Notes: generated by a model from the sequence alone, not told the origin. Positions 34,241 to 47,599 are shown, counted from the first letter of the stretch. The stretch: 50,290 nucleotides of DNA from Octopus bimaculoides (GCF_001194135.2 NC_069004.1:13084411-13134700); one strand, 5' to 3'. Program-made: numbers and translations.

Positions 34241-34795
34241 TTACACACACCTCCTCCTCCTCCTCATCTAATGTTGGTTTTCTACACTGGCATGGGCTGG
34301 ACAGTTTGACCAGAGCTAGCGGCTGGGAAGCTGCTCTAGGTTCCAGTCTCATTTGGTTTAACTTCTACAGCTGGATGCCCTTCTTAATGCCAACCACTTT
34401 ACAGTGCGTACTGGGTGCTTTTAACATGACACAGGCACATGTGCTTGCACTGATATGAGTGCTTATTATGTGGCACCAGCACAATCATCATCATCATCAT
34501 CATTTAGCATCTGTTTTCCATGCTGGCATGGGTCAGACTATATATACATATATTACACTGCGGCAGTGCAATATTATGCAGTTAGACTATCTATATACAC
34601 TATGTGGAGGCAGTGCTATATTACACAGTAGTGCTACATTACGTGGTGGTAGTGCTAAACAGTGATGTGCATAAATCCAATGTTTTTACCAGTTTAAATA
34701 TGCTAAGGGGAATATTTGAACCTTTAAGAGAGCAATTTACTGTGTTTTGTCATGGATAAAATTTTTTGTTGTAGACATTATCCATATATATATAT

Positions 34796-35415
34796 NNNNN
34801 NNNNNNNNNNNNNNNNNNNNNNNNNNNNNNNNNNNNNNNNNNNNNNNNNNNNNNNNNNNNNNNNNNNNNNNNNNNNNNNNNNNNNNNNNNNNNNNNNNNN
34901 NNNNNNNNNNNNNNNNNNNNNNNNNNNNNNNNNNNNNNNNNNNNNNNNNNNNNNNNNNNNNNNNNNNNNNNNNNNNNNNNNNNNNNNNNNNNNNNNNNNN
35001 NNNNNNNNNNNNNNNNNNNNNNNNNNNNNNNNNNNNNNNNNNNNNNNNNNNNNNNNNNNNNNNNNNNNNNNNNNNNNNNNNNNNNNNNNNNNNNNNNNNN
35101 NNNNNNNNNNNNNNNNNNNNNNNNNNNNNNNNNNNNNNNNNNNNNNNNNNNNNNNNNNNNNNNNNNNNNNNNNNNNNNNNNNNNNNNNNNNNNNNNNNNN
35201 NNNNNNNNNNNNNNNNNNNNNNNNNNNNNNNNNNNNNNNNNNNNNNNNNNNNNNNNNNNNNNNNNNNNNNNNNNNNNNNNNNNNNNNNNNNNNNNNNNNN
35301 NNNNNNNNNNNNNNNNNNNNNNNNNNNNNNNNNNNNNNNNNNNNNNNNNNNNNNNNNNNNNNNNNNNNNNNNNNNNNNNNNNNNNNNNNNNNNNNNNNNN
35401 NNNNNNNNNNNNNNN
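34796..35415. other. Assembly gap
   Basis: N run. Confidence 1.
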
Positions 35416-35631
35416 TTTCAGTCTGAGGCTATAATAGAGAACGCTTGCCCAACATGTCAAAAATTCTGCTGAGTTATCCTTATTTCCTTTTTACTCTTGA
35501 ATTTTTCAAATTGTAAATTACAGACCCCCTGTGTGAATGTATATATGTGTGTGTGTATTATATATATGTGTGTGCAAATAAATTAAAAACTAATATATAT
35601 ATACATGTGCGTGTGTGTGAATAAACTGAAA

Positions 35632-35678
<47 letters not shown>

Positions 35679-36839
35679 CAATGAGGAAATCACTAATTAA
35701 AAAAGTAGATAAAAAAACCAATGGTGTGTTGGGGAGTGTATGTGCATATACAAATGAATAAATTGCAAATTAATGACTAAGATCTTAATATAAACAATAA
35801 ACATGATACTTTGAGAGTGAATGAAAAAAAGCAAACACAGACAATCCCTCAGTGGAAATATAATCATCAAAATCATATTTCTTAACTTATTGTTAAATAA
35901 ATGTGTCAGTGGACTCTTATCAATTTCTATGAATCTACGAATGAGTATATCAGTTGACTGATCAACGACAATACTTACTCAGTGAGTTACTAGTGCAAGT
36001 GGCTGAGAATTCTATAGGCACTTGTATATACTTAATTCTTGAGCAATAATCAGCATCAAAGTGTTTTATGTAGCAAGGCTACATTCTATATTATAAAAGA
36101 GAAGCTGACCTCTGTCTCTCTCTGTCTGTCACATGATATATATGAAGGAAGGAAGGAGAAAAGAAAAAGTTGTTGTTGAGAAAGAAATACAGTAAGATAG
36201 AGAGAGTGCATGTAAAAGATAGACAGGTAGTGTTATTACCATTGCAACTAACATGTTTTGATTAAAACCGCAGGAATTTTAAGTGCAAGTCTGTCAACAC
36301 AATGCAAAACAAACATATAGAATTGAAATTTATTTCAAGAAAAAGAAAAAAAAACAAGTTGTTGTTAAGAGAGAAATATAGTGAAATAAAGACCTATTTT
36401 AATATATATCAGTCTTCATTTCTTGCTATCTCATGTTATTGTGACAGAATGAGCATTAATGTGAGATAGTTGCCACTGTTGGAAATACCTCATGTCAGTT
36501 TCATCAGCTATACATTTCCATGCTGGCTTAGGGCATGCTGGAAGAAGGTATTAATTTTGGAGTTTTCCTTCTCCTACATTGATTGCTATCACTGCAGCTA
36601 AAGCGCTCAATCTACCTTTACAAAGATCTATTTAACCAATAGACAGGACTCTGACAGGTACCACCTCTCCAAGAACAGACCTGGGAGTAATGGTAATTAA
36701 AAGGTGACTCCATGTCCATCCCAACTCTAGAACCTTCATGCTGGAGTTTCATCACTGGGTGCAGTTGAAATTCTACTTTACTTATGGGATAATGTTTAAA
36801 GGCACTTTAGGGGCAAAAATGACAGTATTGAGGACAAAA

Positions 36840-37050
36840 TAATGCACAAACAAGACATGGACTTTAGAAGCTGCAACAGAGGAAAAAGCATTTTGGAGGG
36901 AGATGAGACTCTTTTGGTCCTCTTCAAATTAGACAACTTTTTAGTCCTTGTGGCAGGATAAAATGCCCCTAACAAATGCTGTGAGATACACAACACCAAA
37001 TGTGTTGTTGGCTGTGATGACTTAAAAATGATAAAATGTAATACTTGGAG
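36840..37050 (+). pseudogene. RTE-clade LINE fragment (post-RT region)
   Basis: KTWTLEAATEEKAFW... and LWQDKMP resemble ETWTL..A.E..L.AF and WQDK.PN motifs. Confidence 0.4.
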
Positions 37051-37184
37051 AATGTTTAGGGAAGTTGTCAGCTTCCAATAAATAGGATAAAACTACATCA
37101 GTATTAAGGCTCTCTCTTTTTTCTTCTTTGCCCATGGAATTCTCTGTGCCATGGTATATATATCATCATTATTTCTGGCAGAAT

Positions 37185-37590
37185 TAAGGTGGTATCTGGC
37201 AGAATTGCTAGCATGCTGAACAAAATGCTGCTAAGGATTTTGTCTGTCATTACATTCTGAGTTCAAATTCTGCCGAGGTCAACTTTGCCTTTCATCCTTT
37301 TGGAGTTGATAAAATAAGTACCAGTTGAATACTGGGGTAAATGTAATCAACTGGCTCCTTTCCCCAATATTTCAGGCCTCAGGCTTTTATTAGAAAAGAT
37401 TATTTCTGGCAAGATTCATTCGCACATTGGATAGAAAGCTTAGCAGTGTTTCTCCTGATTCTTTACATTCTAAGTTCAAATTCTGATGAGCTTGACTTTG
37501 CCTTTCATCCTTTCAGAGTCAATAGAATAAGTACGAGCTGAGTACTGGAATTGATGCAATTGATCTATCCCTCCCCTAAAATTAGAAAGT
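37185..37590 (+). mobile_element. Two tandem SINE family A copies
   Basis: Family A consensus. Confidence 0.8.
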
Positions 37591-37853
37591 ATTTCACATC
37601 CACTTTCCATGCTGTCATGGTTTGGATGGTTCGACAGGGTCCAATTGGTTGAAGGATAACATTTTAATCCAGTGTCTCTCTTTTGGCATAACTTCTACAG
37701 CTGGGTGCCCTTCGCAATGCAAACCACTTTACAGAATGTATTGGGTGCTTTTTTCATGCACCAGCACAAGTGAGGTTGCCATGTAAGTTGCAAGACTAAA
37801 GAGTATCTTCAACAGTGAGAAAACAATAGAGAGAAAGAGAAAGATGGTTTCAG

Positions 37854-38074
37854 CCCTTTAGTGTTTAAACCAATTAAATCCAGCTCAAAGAGTCTACATG
37901 TTTTCTGTTCAAACTGATCAGATCCAGACACTCTCACTTACCCTACAATGTCATTCTAAAGATAAACAATCACATCATCAAAATCTCGAAGCTATGGGAT
38001 AATGCATGATTAATTCAAAACAATGTGAATAAATAAGAATTACATTTGACAAGAGTAATCTGAATGCTAAAGGG
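37854..38074 (+). mobile_element. piggyBac-type MITE
   Basis: ccctttagtgttt ... aatgctaaaggg|ttaa; homologous to 15646-15859. Confidence 0.8.
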
Positions 38075-38094
38075 TTAAGCTAGGTGAAGAGAAG

Positions 38095-38290
38095 TGTGAT
38101 AGGAGGGACAGGAACAGGTTTGTTGTTGTGGAGAAGATTCATGGCTTTCTTGCATTGTGGATGGGTGGAGGTGGGGAGATTAAGAATGTTGGTGATGAGG
38201 TGCCAGAGTATATCCTCAGTGCACAAGAAAGTAAACAGAAGAGAGTGTGGGCAAAAAAGATGAAGAAGGCTGGTAACTAAAGGTGACAAG
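38095..38290 (-). pseudogene. Second PLE RT fragment (region just before the LFTLD motif)
   Basis: KKAMNLLHNNKP...PPITLLFT; DNA cacttctcttcac matches 1430-1445 of the large PLE. Confidence 0.4.
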
Positions 38291-38406
38291 AATGTGTGTG
38301 TGTATTAACACATACACAGAGTCACATGATGAACAAAATATCTCTAGTACCAGAGCAAGGATAATAGAACTATATCGTCTTTTACTGTTTTTAATATTCT
38401 TTAGTG

Positions 38407-38746
38407 CAGTGGTTCTCAACCAGGGTCATACAAAACCTGGGGGTCTATATAAGATTTTTGGGGGTCCAATGCAAAATAGTAAACTGGGGATCCACATCAG
38501 TATAGTAAGTGTCAATGAAAAATTGTTACTTTGGATGTATTTATTGCAAGGAACAGCTAAATTTCTTTCTGGCATTCTACTTATTTAGATTACACAAGTT
38601 AATGCATGAAAAGCAAAATAGGAATTTTGAAAGAAGGAGCTATAAAATTTGTTTTTAAACATTTCATGGCTATGGGGATCCACTAGAATAGAATTGTAAT
38701 TGTAATCAAAGGGGTTCATAGATAAAACAATGGTTGAGAATCTCTG
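38407..38746 (+). mobile_element. hAT MITE (longer variant) with 8-bp TSD
   Basis: TIRs cagtggttctcaacc / ggttgagaatctctg; TSD ctttagtg / ctttagta. Confidence 0.88.
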
Positions 38747-39143
38747 CTTTAGTATGCATAATGTAAATTTCTAAGATATGTAGGTGTTCATCTGTGTGTA
38801 TGTGTACATGCATGGTCATGTATATGCATGTGTGTATGTAGTTGTGTGTGCATAGGCGTGCATGCGTGTGCGAAGAAGCCCCGATTATATCAAAACCAAT
38901 GAAAAGGGTAAGATAAATGAGTAATTGTATCAAATGGCGTGGGTTGACATTGTTTGTTTCAATAGAGTCAACATGCCATGACAGGTTGGCTGAACAGATG
39001 GATGAATGGATGGATGGGTGTGTAGGTAGGAAGAGGGATAAGTTGGTGAGTGAATAGTCTGGCGGATGGGTGGATAATATGCTTTCAATGTTTGGTCGAC
39101 AATAATGACATAAGCAAACAGATTTATAATTTAAGAGATTATG

Positions 39144-39202
<59 letters not shown>

Positions 39203-39409
39203 GGGAGAAACAAAAGTAGGTAGAATATGTGAAAGAGAGAGAGGAAATCAGTTATTGATACCTACATTCATACATTGAGTCTAAAGATTCTGCACAGGGT
39301 CACTTGACCTATTAAAACTAAGAAGCGAAATTCCTCTCAAGTTACATCCTTCTTAACAACAAGGAAAAAATAGGAAATGTTAGATAACTGACTGGTATAT
39401 ATGTATTTG

Positions 39410-40021
39410 GGTGCAAGTGTAGCTGTGTAAAGAGAAGTGTGCTTCCTAATCACATGGTTCTTGGTTCAGTCTCACAGTGTGATATCTTGGGTTAGTGACT
39501 GCTACTAAAATCTCAGGTCAACTAAAGCCTTGTGGGTGGATTTGTAGATGGAAACTAAAAGAAGCCCACAGAGCATATATATATTATGTGTTATTTCTTT
39601 ACTACCCACAAGGGGCTACACACAGAGGGGACAAACAAGGACAGACAAACATGGATTAAGTCGATTATATCGACCCCAGTGCGTAACTGGTACTTATTTA
39701 ATCGACCCCGAAAGGATGAAAGGCAAAGTCGACCTCGGCGGAATCTGAACTCAGAACGTAGCGGCAGACGAAATACAGCTAAGCATTTCGCCCGGTGTGC
39801 TAACGTTTGTGCCAGCACGCCGCCTTTATATATATTATGTCTGTGTGCATACACCACCACCGCTTGACAACCAGTGTTGGTGTTTACATCCTCATAACTT
39901 AGTGGTTTGGCAAAACGAGAACGATAGAATAAGTACCAGGCTTTTAAAAAAATAAGTACAGGGGTTAATTTGTTTGGCTAAAATTCTTCAATGCAGTGCC
40001 CCAACATGGCCACAGTCTAAT
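39410..40021 (+). mobile_element. SINE family B host interrupted by a SINE A insertion
   Basis: Head at ~39415, 3' domain resumes at ~39845. Confidence 0.8.
39590..39826 (-). mobile_element. Young SINE family A with perfect 14-bp TSD
   Basis: tatatatattatgt at 39576-39589 and 39827-39840. Confidence 0.93.
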
Positions 40022-40486
40022 NNNNNNNNNNNNNNNNNNNNNNNNNNNNNNNNNNNNNNNNNNNNNNNNNNNNNNNNNNNNNNNNNNNNNNNNNNNNNNN
40101 NNNNNNNNNNNNNNNNNNNNNNNNNNNNNNNNNNNNNNNNNNNNNNNNNNNNNNNNNNNNNNNNNNNNNNNNNNNNNNNNNNNNNNNNNNNNNNNNNNNN
40201 NNNNNNNNNNNNNNNNNNNNNNNNNNNNNNNNNNNNNNNNNNNNNNNNNNNNNNNNNNNNNNNNNNNNNNNNNNNNNNNNNNNNNNNNNNNNNNNNNNNN
40301 NNNNNNNNNNNNNNNNNNNNNNNNNNNNNNNNNNNNNNNNNNNNNNNNNNNNNNNNNNNNNNNNNNNNNNNNNNNNNNNNNNNNNNNNNNNNNNNNNNNN
40401 NNNNNNNNNNNNNNNNNNNNNNNNNNNNNNNNNNNNNNNNNNNNNNNNNNNNNNNNNNNNNNNNNNNNNNNNNNNNNNNNNNNNNN
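40022..40486. other. Assembly gap
   Basis: N run. Confidence 1.
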
Positions 40487-40535
<49 letters not shown>

Positions 40536-41034
40536 AAATGACAAAAGGTGGAATGATAATAATTGGAATGCTAGTTGAATACAGAAAGCATCCACATCTT
40601 TCCCTCTCCCTCAGACATATACATCAAATGACATGGCAAACACAGCCAAACACCCACTCACTCATAAAACCATACCCATATATGCATAAATTCCCACCCA
40701 CACATTCATAGATCCACGCCCACATATGTATGAATCCTCACCTACATAAGCATGTATTTACACCCATGCATTGAACCATGCCCCGCCTATATACTTCAAT
40801 CCACACCCACAAATACACAGATTCCCACCCGCACAGAGGTGAGCTGTAACTCAGATTTAAGTAGATGCAACTAACACACCAACACACCATCAGCTGTATC
40901 AATCAACAACAGCAAGGTTAGCAAACAAGGGAGCCTCTCACTGAGATCACTTGATCTGCTAGGAATAGCAGGCAAAGCAGTTTCAAAAAGAAAAGGAGTA
41001 TATATTCAATAATGTCTTTGAAATAACAACTTAA

Positions 41035-41252
41035 ACTCTTTAGCATTTGGATTACTCTATCAAATGTAATGCTTATTTATTCATATTATTTTGGATTAAT
41101 CATGCATTACGTTGTAGCTTTGAGACTTCAATGGTATGTTTGAGTTTTAGAATAACATTGTAGGGTAAGTGTAAGGGGCTGAATCTTGCCAGTTTGAATA
41201 TAAAACAGCTGGAATATTTGAGCCAGATATGGCCAGTTTAAACACTAAAAGG
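41035..41252 (-). mobile_element. piggyBac-type MITE with TTAA on both sides
   Basis: ttaa|actctttagcatt ... cactaaaagg|ttaa. Confidence 0.8.
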
Positions 41253-41454
41253 TTAAAACAGTTTCCACCAACCAGACTTCACTCACAAGGCTTGAGTTAA
41301 TGCAAGGTTAGGGCAAAAGTTATTTGTCCAAGATGTCTTGTATTAGGATAAAACCTTGGACCTCAGGATTGTGAAGTAAACTCCTTAACTATTTGGCCAT
41401 ATTGCATCCATGTAAACAACCACCACCACCACGATGTTATCATCATCATCGTCT

Positions 41455-41665
41455 TGTCTTTCTTTACTTGTTTCAGTCATTAGACTGTGGTCATGCTGGA
41501 GCACTGCCTTGAAGGGCTTAGTTGAACAAACAAATGGATCAAAGTACTTTTTCTTTTTAAGGCCTGGTACATATTTTATCGGTCACTTTTGCCAAATTGC
41601 TAAGTTATGGGGACATAAACAAACTAACACCAGTTGTCAAGTGGTGGTGAGAGACACACAAAATC
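41455..41665 (-). mobile_element. SINE family B 3' half
   Basis: ctttacttgtttcagtcatt...ccagttgtcaag. Confidence 0.7.
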
Positions 41666-41692
41666 ACCCCCCCCCACACACACATACAAACA

Positions 41693-41912
41693 TATGAGGT
41701 TGTGCTGAAAATTTTCTGACTTTAAGGTAATCATGAAAAGTCTGGTTGGAGGCCCAACCTTCCGACTTCTTTTGTAGGGCTTAGAAAATCTGAAGAACCA
41801 CTGCAATAAGTGTGTGAATCTGAAAGGGGAATATGTTGAATAAAATCATAATTAACAGATCCTCCCTTATTTTTTTTTACCCAAAGCCAGGAACTTTTCT
41901 GCACCCCTTGTA
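41693..41912 (+). mobile_element. Mariner-derived MITE
   Basis: Inverted homolog of 25988-26207. Confidence 0.85.
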
Positions 41913-42209
41913 TGTTTATAAGGGCTTTCATACAGTTTCCATCTATCAAATTCACTCCCAAGGCACTGATTGATCTGGGGCCATTGTAGAAGACACTTGC
42001 AGTGAAACTGATCCTGAAACCATGTAGTTGCCAAGTGAGTTTCTTAACCATTCATCCATGCCTGCTTTTCCAAGCTGTCATGGTTGGATGGGTTTTCTGA
42101 GGTAACATGTAACAGCCAGATAACCTTCATGCCATTACCCCAATTAGTTGCATCTTATGACTCAGAGACATGGCACACCTTGTCTTTTAAAGCCAGGATA
42201 TACAATAAG

Positions 42210-42340
42210 TGCAGGCATGGCTGTGGTAAGAAGCTTGCTTCCCAACCATATAGTTCTGGGTTCAGTCCCACTGCGTGGCACCTTGGGTAAGTGTATTCGA
42301 CTATAGCTTCAGACTGACTAAAGCCTTGTATATATGTGTG

Positions 42341-42376
<36 letters not shown>

Positions 42377-42770
42377 TGTGTATATATATATATATATATA
42401 TGTATGTATAAATTTAAAGAATGGAGTAACCGCATATTATTAACCAATTTATTTTATCTGAGTTATTTATTACTAGGAGAAAATAAATACATATAATAGA
42501 ATATATATATGTATGTATGTATATATATATCTTTGTGTGTGTGTCTTTGTGTCTGTTTGCTCCCCATCAATGCTTGACAATTGGTGTTCATTTGTTTACG
42601 TCGCCATAACTTAGCAGTTCAGCAAAATGAGGTTGACAGAACAAGTACCAGGCTTAAAAAAATAAAAAAAATATAAAGTACTGGGGTTGATTCATTCAAC
42701 AAAATGTTCTTGAAGGCGGTGCCCCAGCATGGTCGCAGCCTATTGACTGAAACAGATAAAAGAATGTTTG
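42210..42770 (+). mobile_element. Full-length SINE family B with expanded central microsatellite
   Basis: Head gtgcaggcatggctgtggtaagaagcttgcttccc; 3' end gactgaaacagataaaag. Confidence 0.8.
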
Positions 42771-43330
42771 GAGCAAAACAAAACAAGAACTAAAAAAAAC
42801 AAAACAAAACAAAACAAAAAAAAAGAGATGAGGTGGCTATGGTTCGCCTGAGTGATCACAGAAAGTGCACGTTGATCAGGATTGCCTAGGGTTAAACACC
42901 AACTATTACCACCATCAGCACCACCACCACCATCATTATGATACCTTCTACTTTCTCACACCACCACCCCCTGCCGCTGCCACCACCATTCAATAACATG
43001 TGAACAATGCAGTGATTTGATTCTTTTCATAATGATATTAATCTAACATGTGACATTATTGAAGTCTCATGTTCTGCTCTGTTGGAACAGAACAATTCTT
43101 CAGTTCTACAGCTGAGTACATTTTCATTGTCCCCGCAATCAAAACATTTGCAAATTTTGGGGTTGTTTTGATTCGTTCTGGTGGATGTTTTTTTCTTTTT
43201 CTTTTTAATCTTTGTTTACCTTCAACAGGAGCAAATCAATCATAATAGATTATCAGATTACCACTGCCACCATCACTGCTATTGATGCTGCCACTATACC
43301 ACTGCCGCCATAACCACCACCACCACCACC

Positions 43331-43550
43331 ACCACAGCTACATTTATGCTTTCCTAACTACAGATATACTTATCGCCGTCACCACCACCGCCGCCAACGC
43401 TGCCACCACCACTGCCGCCGCCGCCGCCGCCGCCAACACCGCCACCACCANNNNNNNNNNACCACAGCTACATTTATGCTTTCCTAACTACAGATATACT
43501 TATCGCCGTCACCACCACCGCCGCCAACGCTGCCACCACCACTGCCGCCG
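43331..43550 (+). repeat. Identical ~90-bp segment on both sides of a 10-N gap (likely contig overlap artefact)
   Basis: accacagctacatttatgc...gccgcc at 43331 and 43461; N at 43451-43460. Confidence 0.85.
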
Positions 43551-44119
43551 CCACAACTCCAGCAACAATACCACAACTATGTTTCCCCACCCACCCACCA
43601 TAACAACAAGTATATAACCTTAAAAAAGAAAATTAATGTTAAAGGTGCAGTCAGGTTCACCCGTCCTGCAGGAGTCAGGTTCACCCAACCTGGAGAGCTG
43701 GCCCAAATACTTACTAAAGAGTGGATTCCACTAAAAGCACAAAAGGGGCCAGTGGTGGTATTTAACTGGGCAATGGATTAAGACTGCCATCCAAGAACTG
43801 TCTCTTTGGTGGGTTTCCATATAGTTTCTGTTCACCAAAATTTTGACTCATGAGATTTTGGTCACCCCCAGATCATAGCAGAACATACTGTCAGTAAACC
43901 AATTACACTCATAAGGCTTTGGCACCAACCAAGGTTATGTAATATATAAAGAGTAAAGACCCCCTTCAGTCATGAATGACCATGGGATAGCACTTGGAAA
44001 GTTCCCCTCCAAGGCACAAATGAGCAAGTTCATTTACTCATTTGCTCATTTACTCAATTAATCAACTGTTCCTATATGATTATATGCTTCCACACCCTTG
44101 TTTTTGCAATTACCATCTC

Positions 44120-44345
44120 TTCCTTATTTCTTTATTGCCCACAAGGGGCTAAACATAGAGGGGACAAACAAGGGGATTAAGTCGATTAGATCGACCCCAG
44201 TGCGTAACTGGTACCTAACTTATCGACCCCGAAAGGATGAAAGGCAAAGTCGACCTCGGCGGAATTTGAACTCAGAACGTAACGGCAGACGAAATACTGC
44301 TAAGCATTTCGCCCGGCATGCTAACATTTCTGCCAGCTCGCCTCT
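44120..44345 (-). mobile_element. Young SINE family A copy
   Basis: Closely matches 19703-19932 and 39590-39826, CpGs intact. Confidence 0.9.
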
Positions 44346-44579
44346 TTCTATTTGATAATCTGTACCACTAATACATGTGTATGGATGGATTCATCTAATA
44401 CATTAGAATAAATGGACATACTGGAATGTTTACCGGCTGATGTCTGTCGATTTTGAATCCTCTCCACTTTCTTATTTGCCATATATATATATATATATAC
44501 ATATATGTATTATAAACATATATATGTATTATATATATATCATTCAACCACGGTAGTGGCTGAATATATTCTAAAGTCA

Positions 44580-44950
44580 ACTATTACGTCAATCACAGCA
44601 GTTTCCAAGCTTCACTAATTCAGTTCTCAACTAAATTGCAAACTGTTAACAATTTTAAAGAGGACATTTCCTCAGCTACACTTTGGCATAAGTAGTTTGA
44701 GATTTGGTTCAGTAGAAAAAAAGTTACATCAAAATATCTGCGACCTCAAGGGAGGCAGTAAGGCACGTATTCACCTTACATTAACGTAAACTTTTTACTT
44801 TTAAAATAAAAGTATACTTTTCTTAGGCTTAAATGATAGAAAAATGAATGAGGAGTTCAGAGTCATTAGTCGCATTGAACAAAAATTAGTAGAAGAAAAG
44901 TTATGGGGTGAAATACTACGAAATTGTTTATACTACGAAATTTCGTAGTA
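44580..44950. promoter_or_regulatory. CpG-retaining non-repeat island; possible promoter or first exons
   Basis: About 8 CpG, TTACGTCA (CRE/ATF-like), GCA|gtaagg...ttttcttag 69-nt intron candidate, triple tactacgaaa. Confidence 0.3.
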
Positions 44951-45289
44951 ACTGTTAAGTTAATGGGATGTAAACTTAGCCAAACCGCTAAGTTATGGGG
45001 ACCTAAACACACCAGCATTGCTTAAGTGATGGTGGTAGGATAAACACAGACACACAAATATATATATATATGACGGGCTTCTTTCAGTTTCCCTCAACCA
45101 AATCCACTCTGATCGACCTTAGGCTATAGTAGAAGACTTTTGCCCAAGGTGCCATGCAGTAGGACTGAACCCAGAACCATTTTGTTGGGAAGCAAGCTAC
45201 TTACCACACAGCCATGCCTGCACCTATATTATGCACAAAATATTTTAACAATTCTTTTATACAATTCCTAAAGATATTTAATGATAAAA

Positions 45290-45510
45290 AGGTGGTGAGC
45301 TGGCAGAACTGTTAGCACACTGGGTGAATACTTAGCAGCATTTCATCCAGCTTTACATTCTGAGTTCAAATTCTGCTGAGGTCAACTTTATCTTTCACTC
45401 CTTTTGGTGTTGATAAAATAAGTACCAGTTGAGCAGTGGGGTGTGTGTGATGTAATAAACTTACCCCCTCCCCCAAACATGCTGGCCTGGTGCCGAAGCT
45501 TGAAACCAAT
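45290..45510 (+). mobile_element. SINE family A
   Basis: ggtggtgagctggcagaactgttagc... Confidence 0.85.
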
Positions 45511-45536
45511 ATTTTGCTATGAAAATATAATAATAG

Positions 45537-45950
45537 GGGCAGGAGTGGCTGTGTGGTAAGTAGCTTGCTTACCAACCACATGGTTCCGGGTTCAGTCCCA
45601 CTGCGTGGCACATTGGGCAAGTGTCTTTTACTATAGCCTCGGGCCGACCATAGCCTTGCGAGTGGATTTGGTAGATGGAAACTGAAAGAAGCCCGTCGTT
45701 TATATGTATATATATATATATGTATGTGTGTATATATTTGTGTGTTTGTGTTTGTCTCCCCAATATCGCTTGACAACCGATGCTGGTGTGTTTACGTCCT
45801 CGTAACTTAGCTGATTGGCAAAAGAGACCCATAGAATAAGTACCAGGCTTACAAAGGATAAGTCCTGGGGTCGATTTGATTCGACTAAAAGTGGTGCTCC
45901 AGCATGGCCGCAGTCAAATGACTGAAACCAGTAAAAGAGTAAAGAGAATA
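45537..45950 (+). mobile_element. Young full-length SINE family B
   Basis: ggggcaggagtggctgtgtggtaag...ggttccgggttcagtccc...gactgaaaccagtaaaagagtaaagag; CpG-rich. Confidence 0.92.
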
Positions 45951-46359
45951 GGAAGGTTTTAAATGGTAAATGGCTATGAGGGTCCATCCAAGAAAAATGG
46001 AAATCAAAGGGGTCCATAGTGGGTCAAAGGGGTCTATAGTGGGTCAAAGGCGTCAAGAACCACTGATCATCACAAACACCATCAGCATCCCTCTAAATAT
46101 CATCATCATTACCATCATCACTATTAGCACCACTGTAGCAAACATCATCACCATCAGCATGATAACTACAAGAAAAAAAACCAAAACAACAAAGAGCAAA
46201 AAAAAAAATACAAACAACCTTCACCACCACCTAAGAAAGAGTCTGAAGCTGTTCAGGAATGTCTGTCTGTGTATCTGGGATTGGTCACATGACAGTGCTA
46301 GGTAACTGTGAAGCAGACATATGGTAATTGAATAACAGTTATGTCTAAAGTAACTGATG

Positions 46360-46985
46360 GAGGTGGTGGAGGTGGTGGTGATGGTGGTGGTGATAAGGGT
46401 GGCTTCAATGATGGAGGGAGGAGATGGTGATGAAATGAAATGAAATAGAAGAGGTGAGGGTAGTCGCAGTGGTAGTGAAAGTGATGGTCATGGTGGCGGT
46501 GGTGACAGTAAGAGTGGGTGTAGCAACAAGAGTGACAGTGGTGGTGGTGGTGGTGGTGGTGGTGGTGGTGGTAGCAGTGGCAAGCAACAAGAGTGGTGGT
46601 AGGAGTGACAGTGAATAGTGGTGATGGTGAGAGTGGCGGTGGTGGAGGTGGCAGTGAGGATGGTGATGGTGGGGGTGGTGAGAATGGTTGGTGGTGGCGG
46701 TGGTGAGAGTGGTGGTAGTGAGGACTGCAATGGTGGCAGCAAGGACTGTAAGAGGTGGTAGCAGTAGTAATAGTAGTAGTGAAGGTGGTGGTGGTGGTGG
46801 TGGGCCATTGTAGTGGTAGAGAGGATGGTGAGAACAATGATGATGATGGTGATGATGATGAGGAGGAGGACAAGGTGAAGAGAACAATGGTGATGATGAT
46901 GATGATGAAGACAAGACTAATGCTGTGATGTTGATGCTAATGGATGATAGACAGTGGTAGTGGTAACAGCAATACCAGTGGTGAA
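46360..46985. repeat. GGT/GAT/GTA trinucleotide low-complexity region
   Basis: Direct inspection; source of the His/Pro/Thr-rich ORFs. Confidence 0.85.
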
Positions 46986-47402
46986 AGACAAGCTTTACAT
47001 GACTAGTCATAATAGGAGAATTTGTTGTTCATTTTATTCTATTTTTTAAAAAAATTTTATTGAAGAGTATTTCTAGTAGTTTCTTTCCTTCACCCTTCCT
47101 CTCTAAATTGAGTTAAAAAGTACCAAACCTGATGACATGGAATCATTTGAATGTTATCTCCAAAGCTGGTCAAAAAAAAAAAATACTAAAAACAAAATAA
47201 TACATAAAAGTTGTCTTTGATAGAATGGCAATCTAACTGAAAGAAATACAGCTTGATATGTGTGAATGTGTGTGTATACATGTGTATGTAACAAAAATAA
47301 TAAAATAAAATAAAACAAGAAGAAAGAAGAAAATGAGGGGAAAGTTTTTAAAGAACACATTCCAATCTCTCTCCTGCTGTCATAACTATTCCAATTTTTG
47401 AA

Positions 47403-47486
47403 ACTGCCAACACCACCAGCACCACTGCCAACACCACCAGCACCACCGCCAACACCACCAGGACCACTGCCAACACCACCAGCACT
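47403..47486 (+). repeat. 21-bp tandem repeat, four copies
   Basis: actgccaacaccaccagcacc x4 with 1-2 variants. Confidence 0.9.
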
Positions 47487-47599
47487 ATAAGATCTGTGAG
47501 ATCTTAATTCTGTGTTAAATTATTAAAGGGTATCCTACAGACTGGTATAAAAGCTACTAGCCAAATCGTTAACTCATTTTTATGTAACTCTTATGTCTC

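Larger units (their letters stand above)
45230..46065 (+). mobile_element. 5'-truncated hAT MITE split by two nested SINEs
   Basis: caaaatattttaac...tacaattccta (45235-45280) and aaatggct...gtccatccaag...aagaaccactg (45965-46065) match 7797-8036. Confidence 0.65.

Noticed and set aside
9238-40711. Long ORFs made of X
   Set aside because: Translation through N gaps.
43331-43550. Tandem duplication
   Set aside because: Identical copies flanking a 10-N gap; most likely an unmerged contig overlap.
19652-44355. Recurrent ORF ending MKGKVDLGGI
   Set aside because: Antisense translation of SINE family A.
46298-47010. His/Pro/Thr-rich ORFs
   Set aside because: Trinucleotide low-complexity DNA, open in several frames; the same applies to 13890-14156 and 43282-43617.
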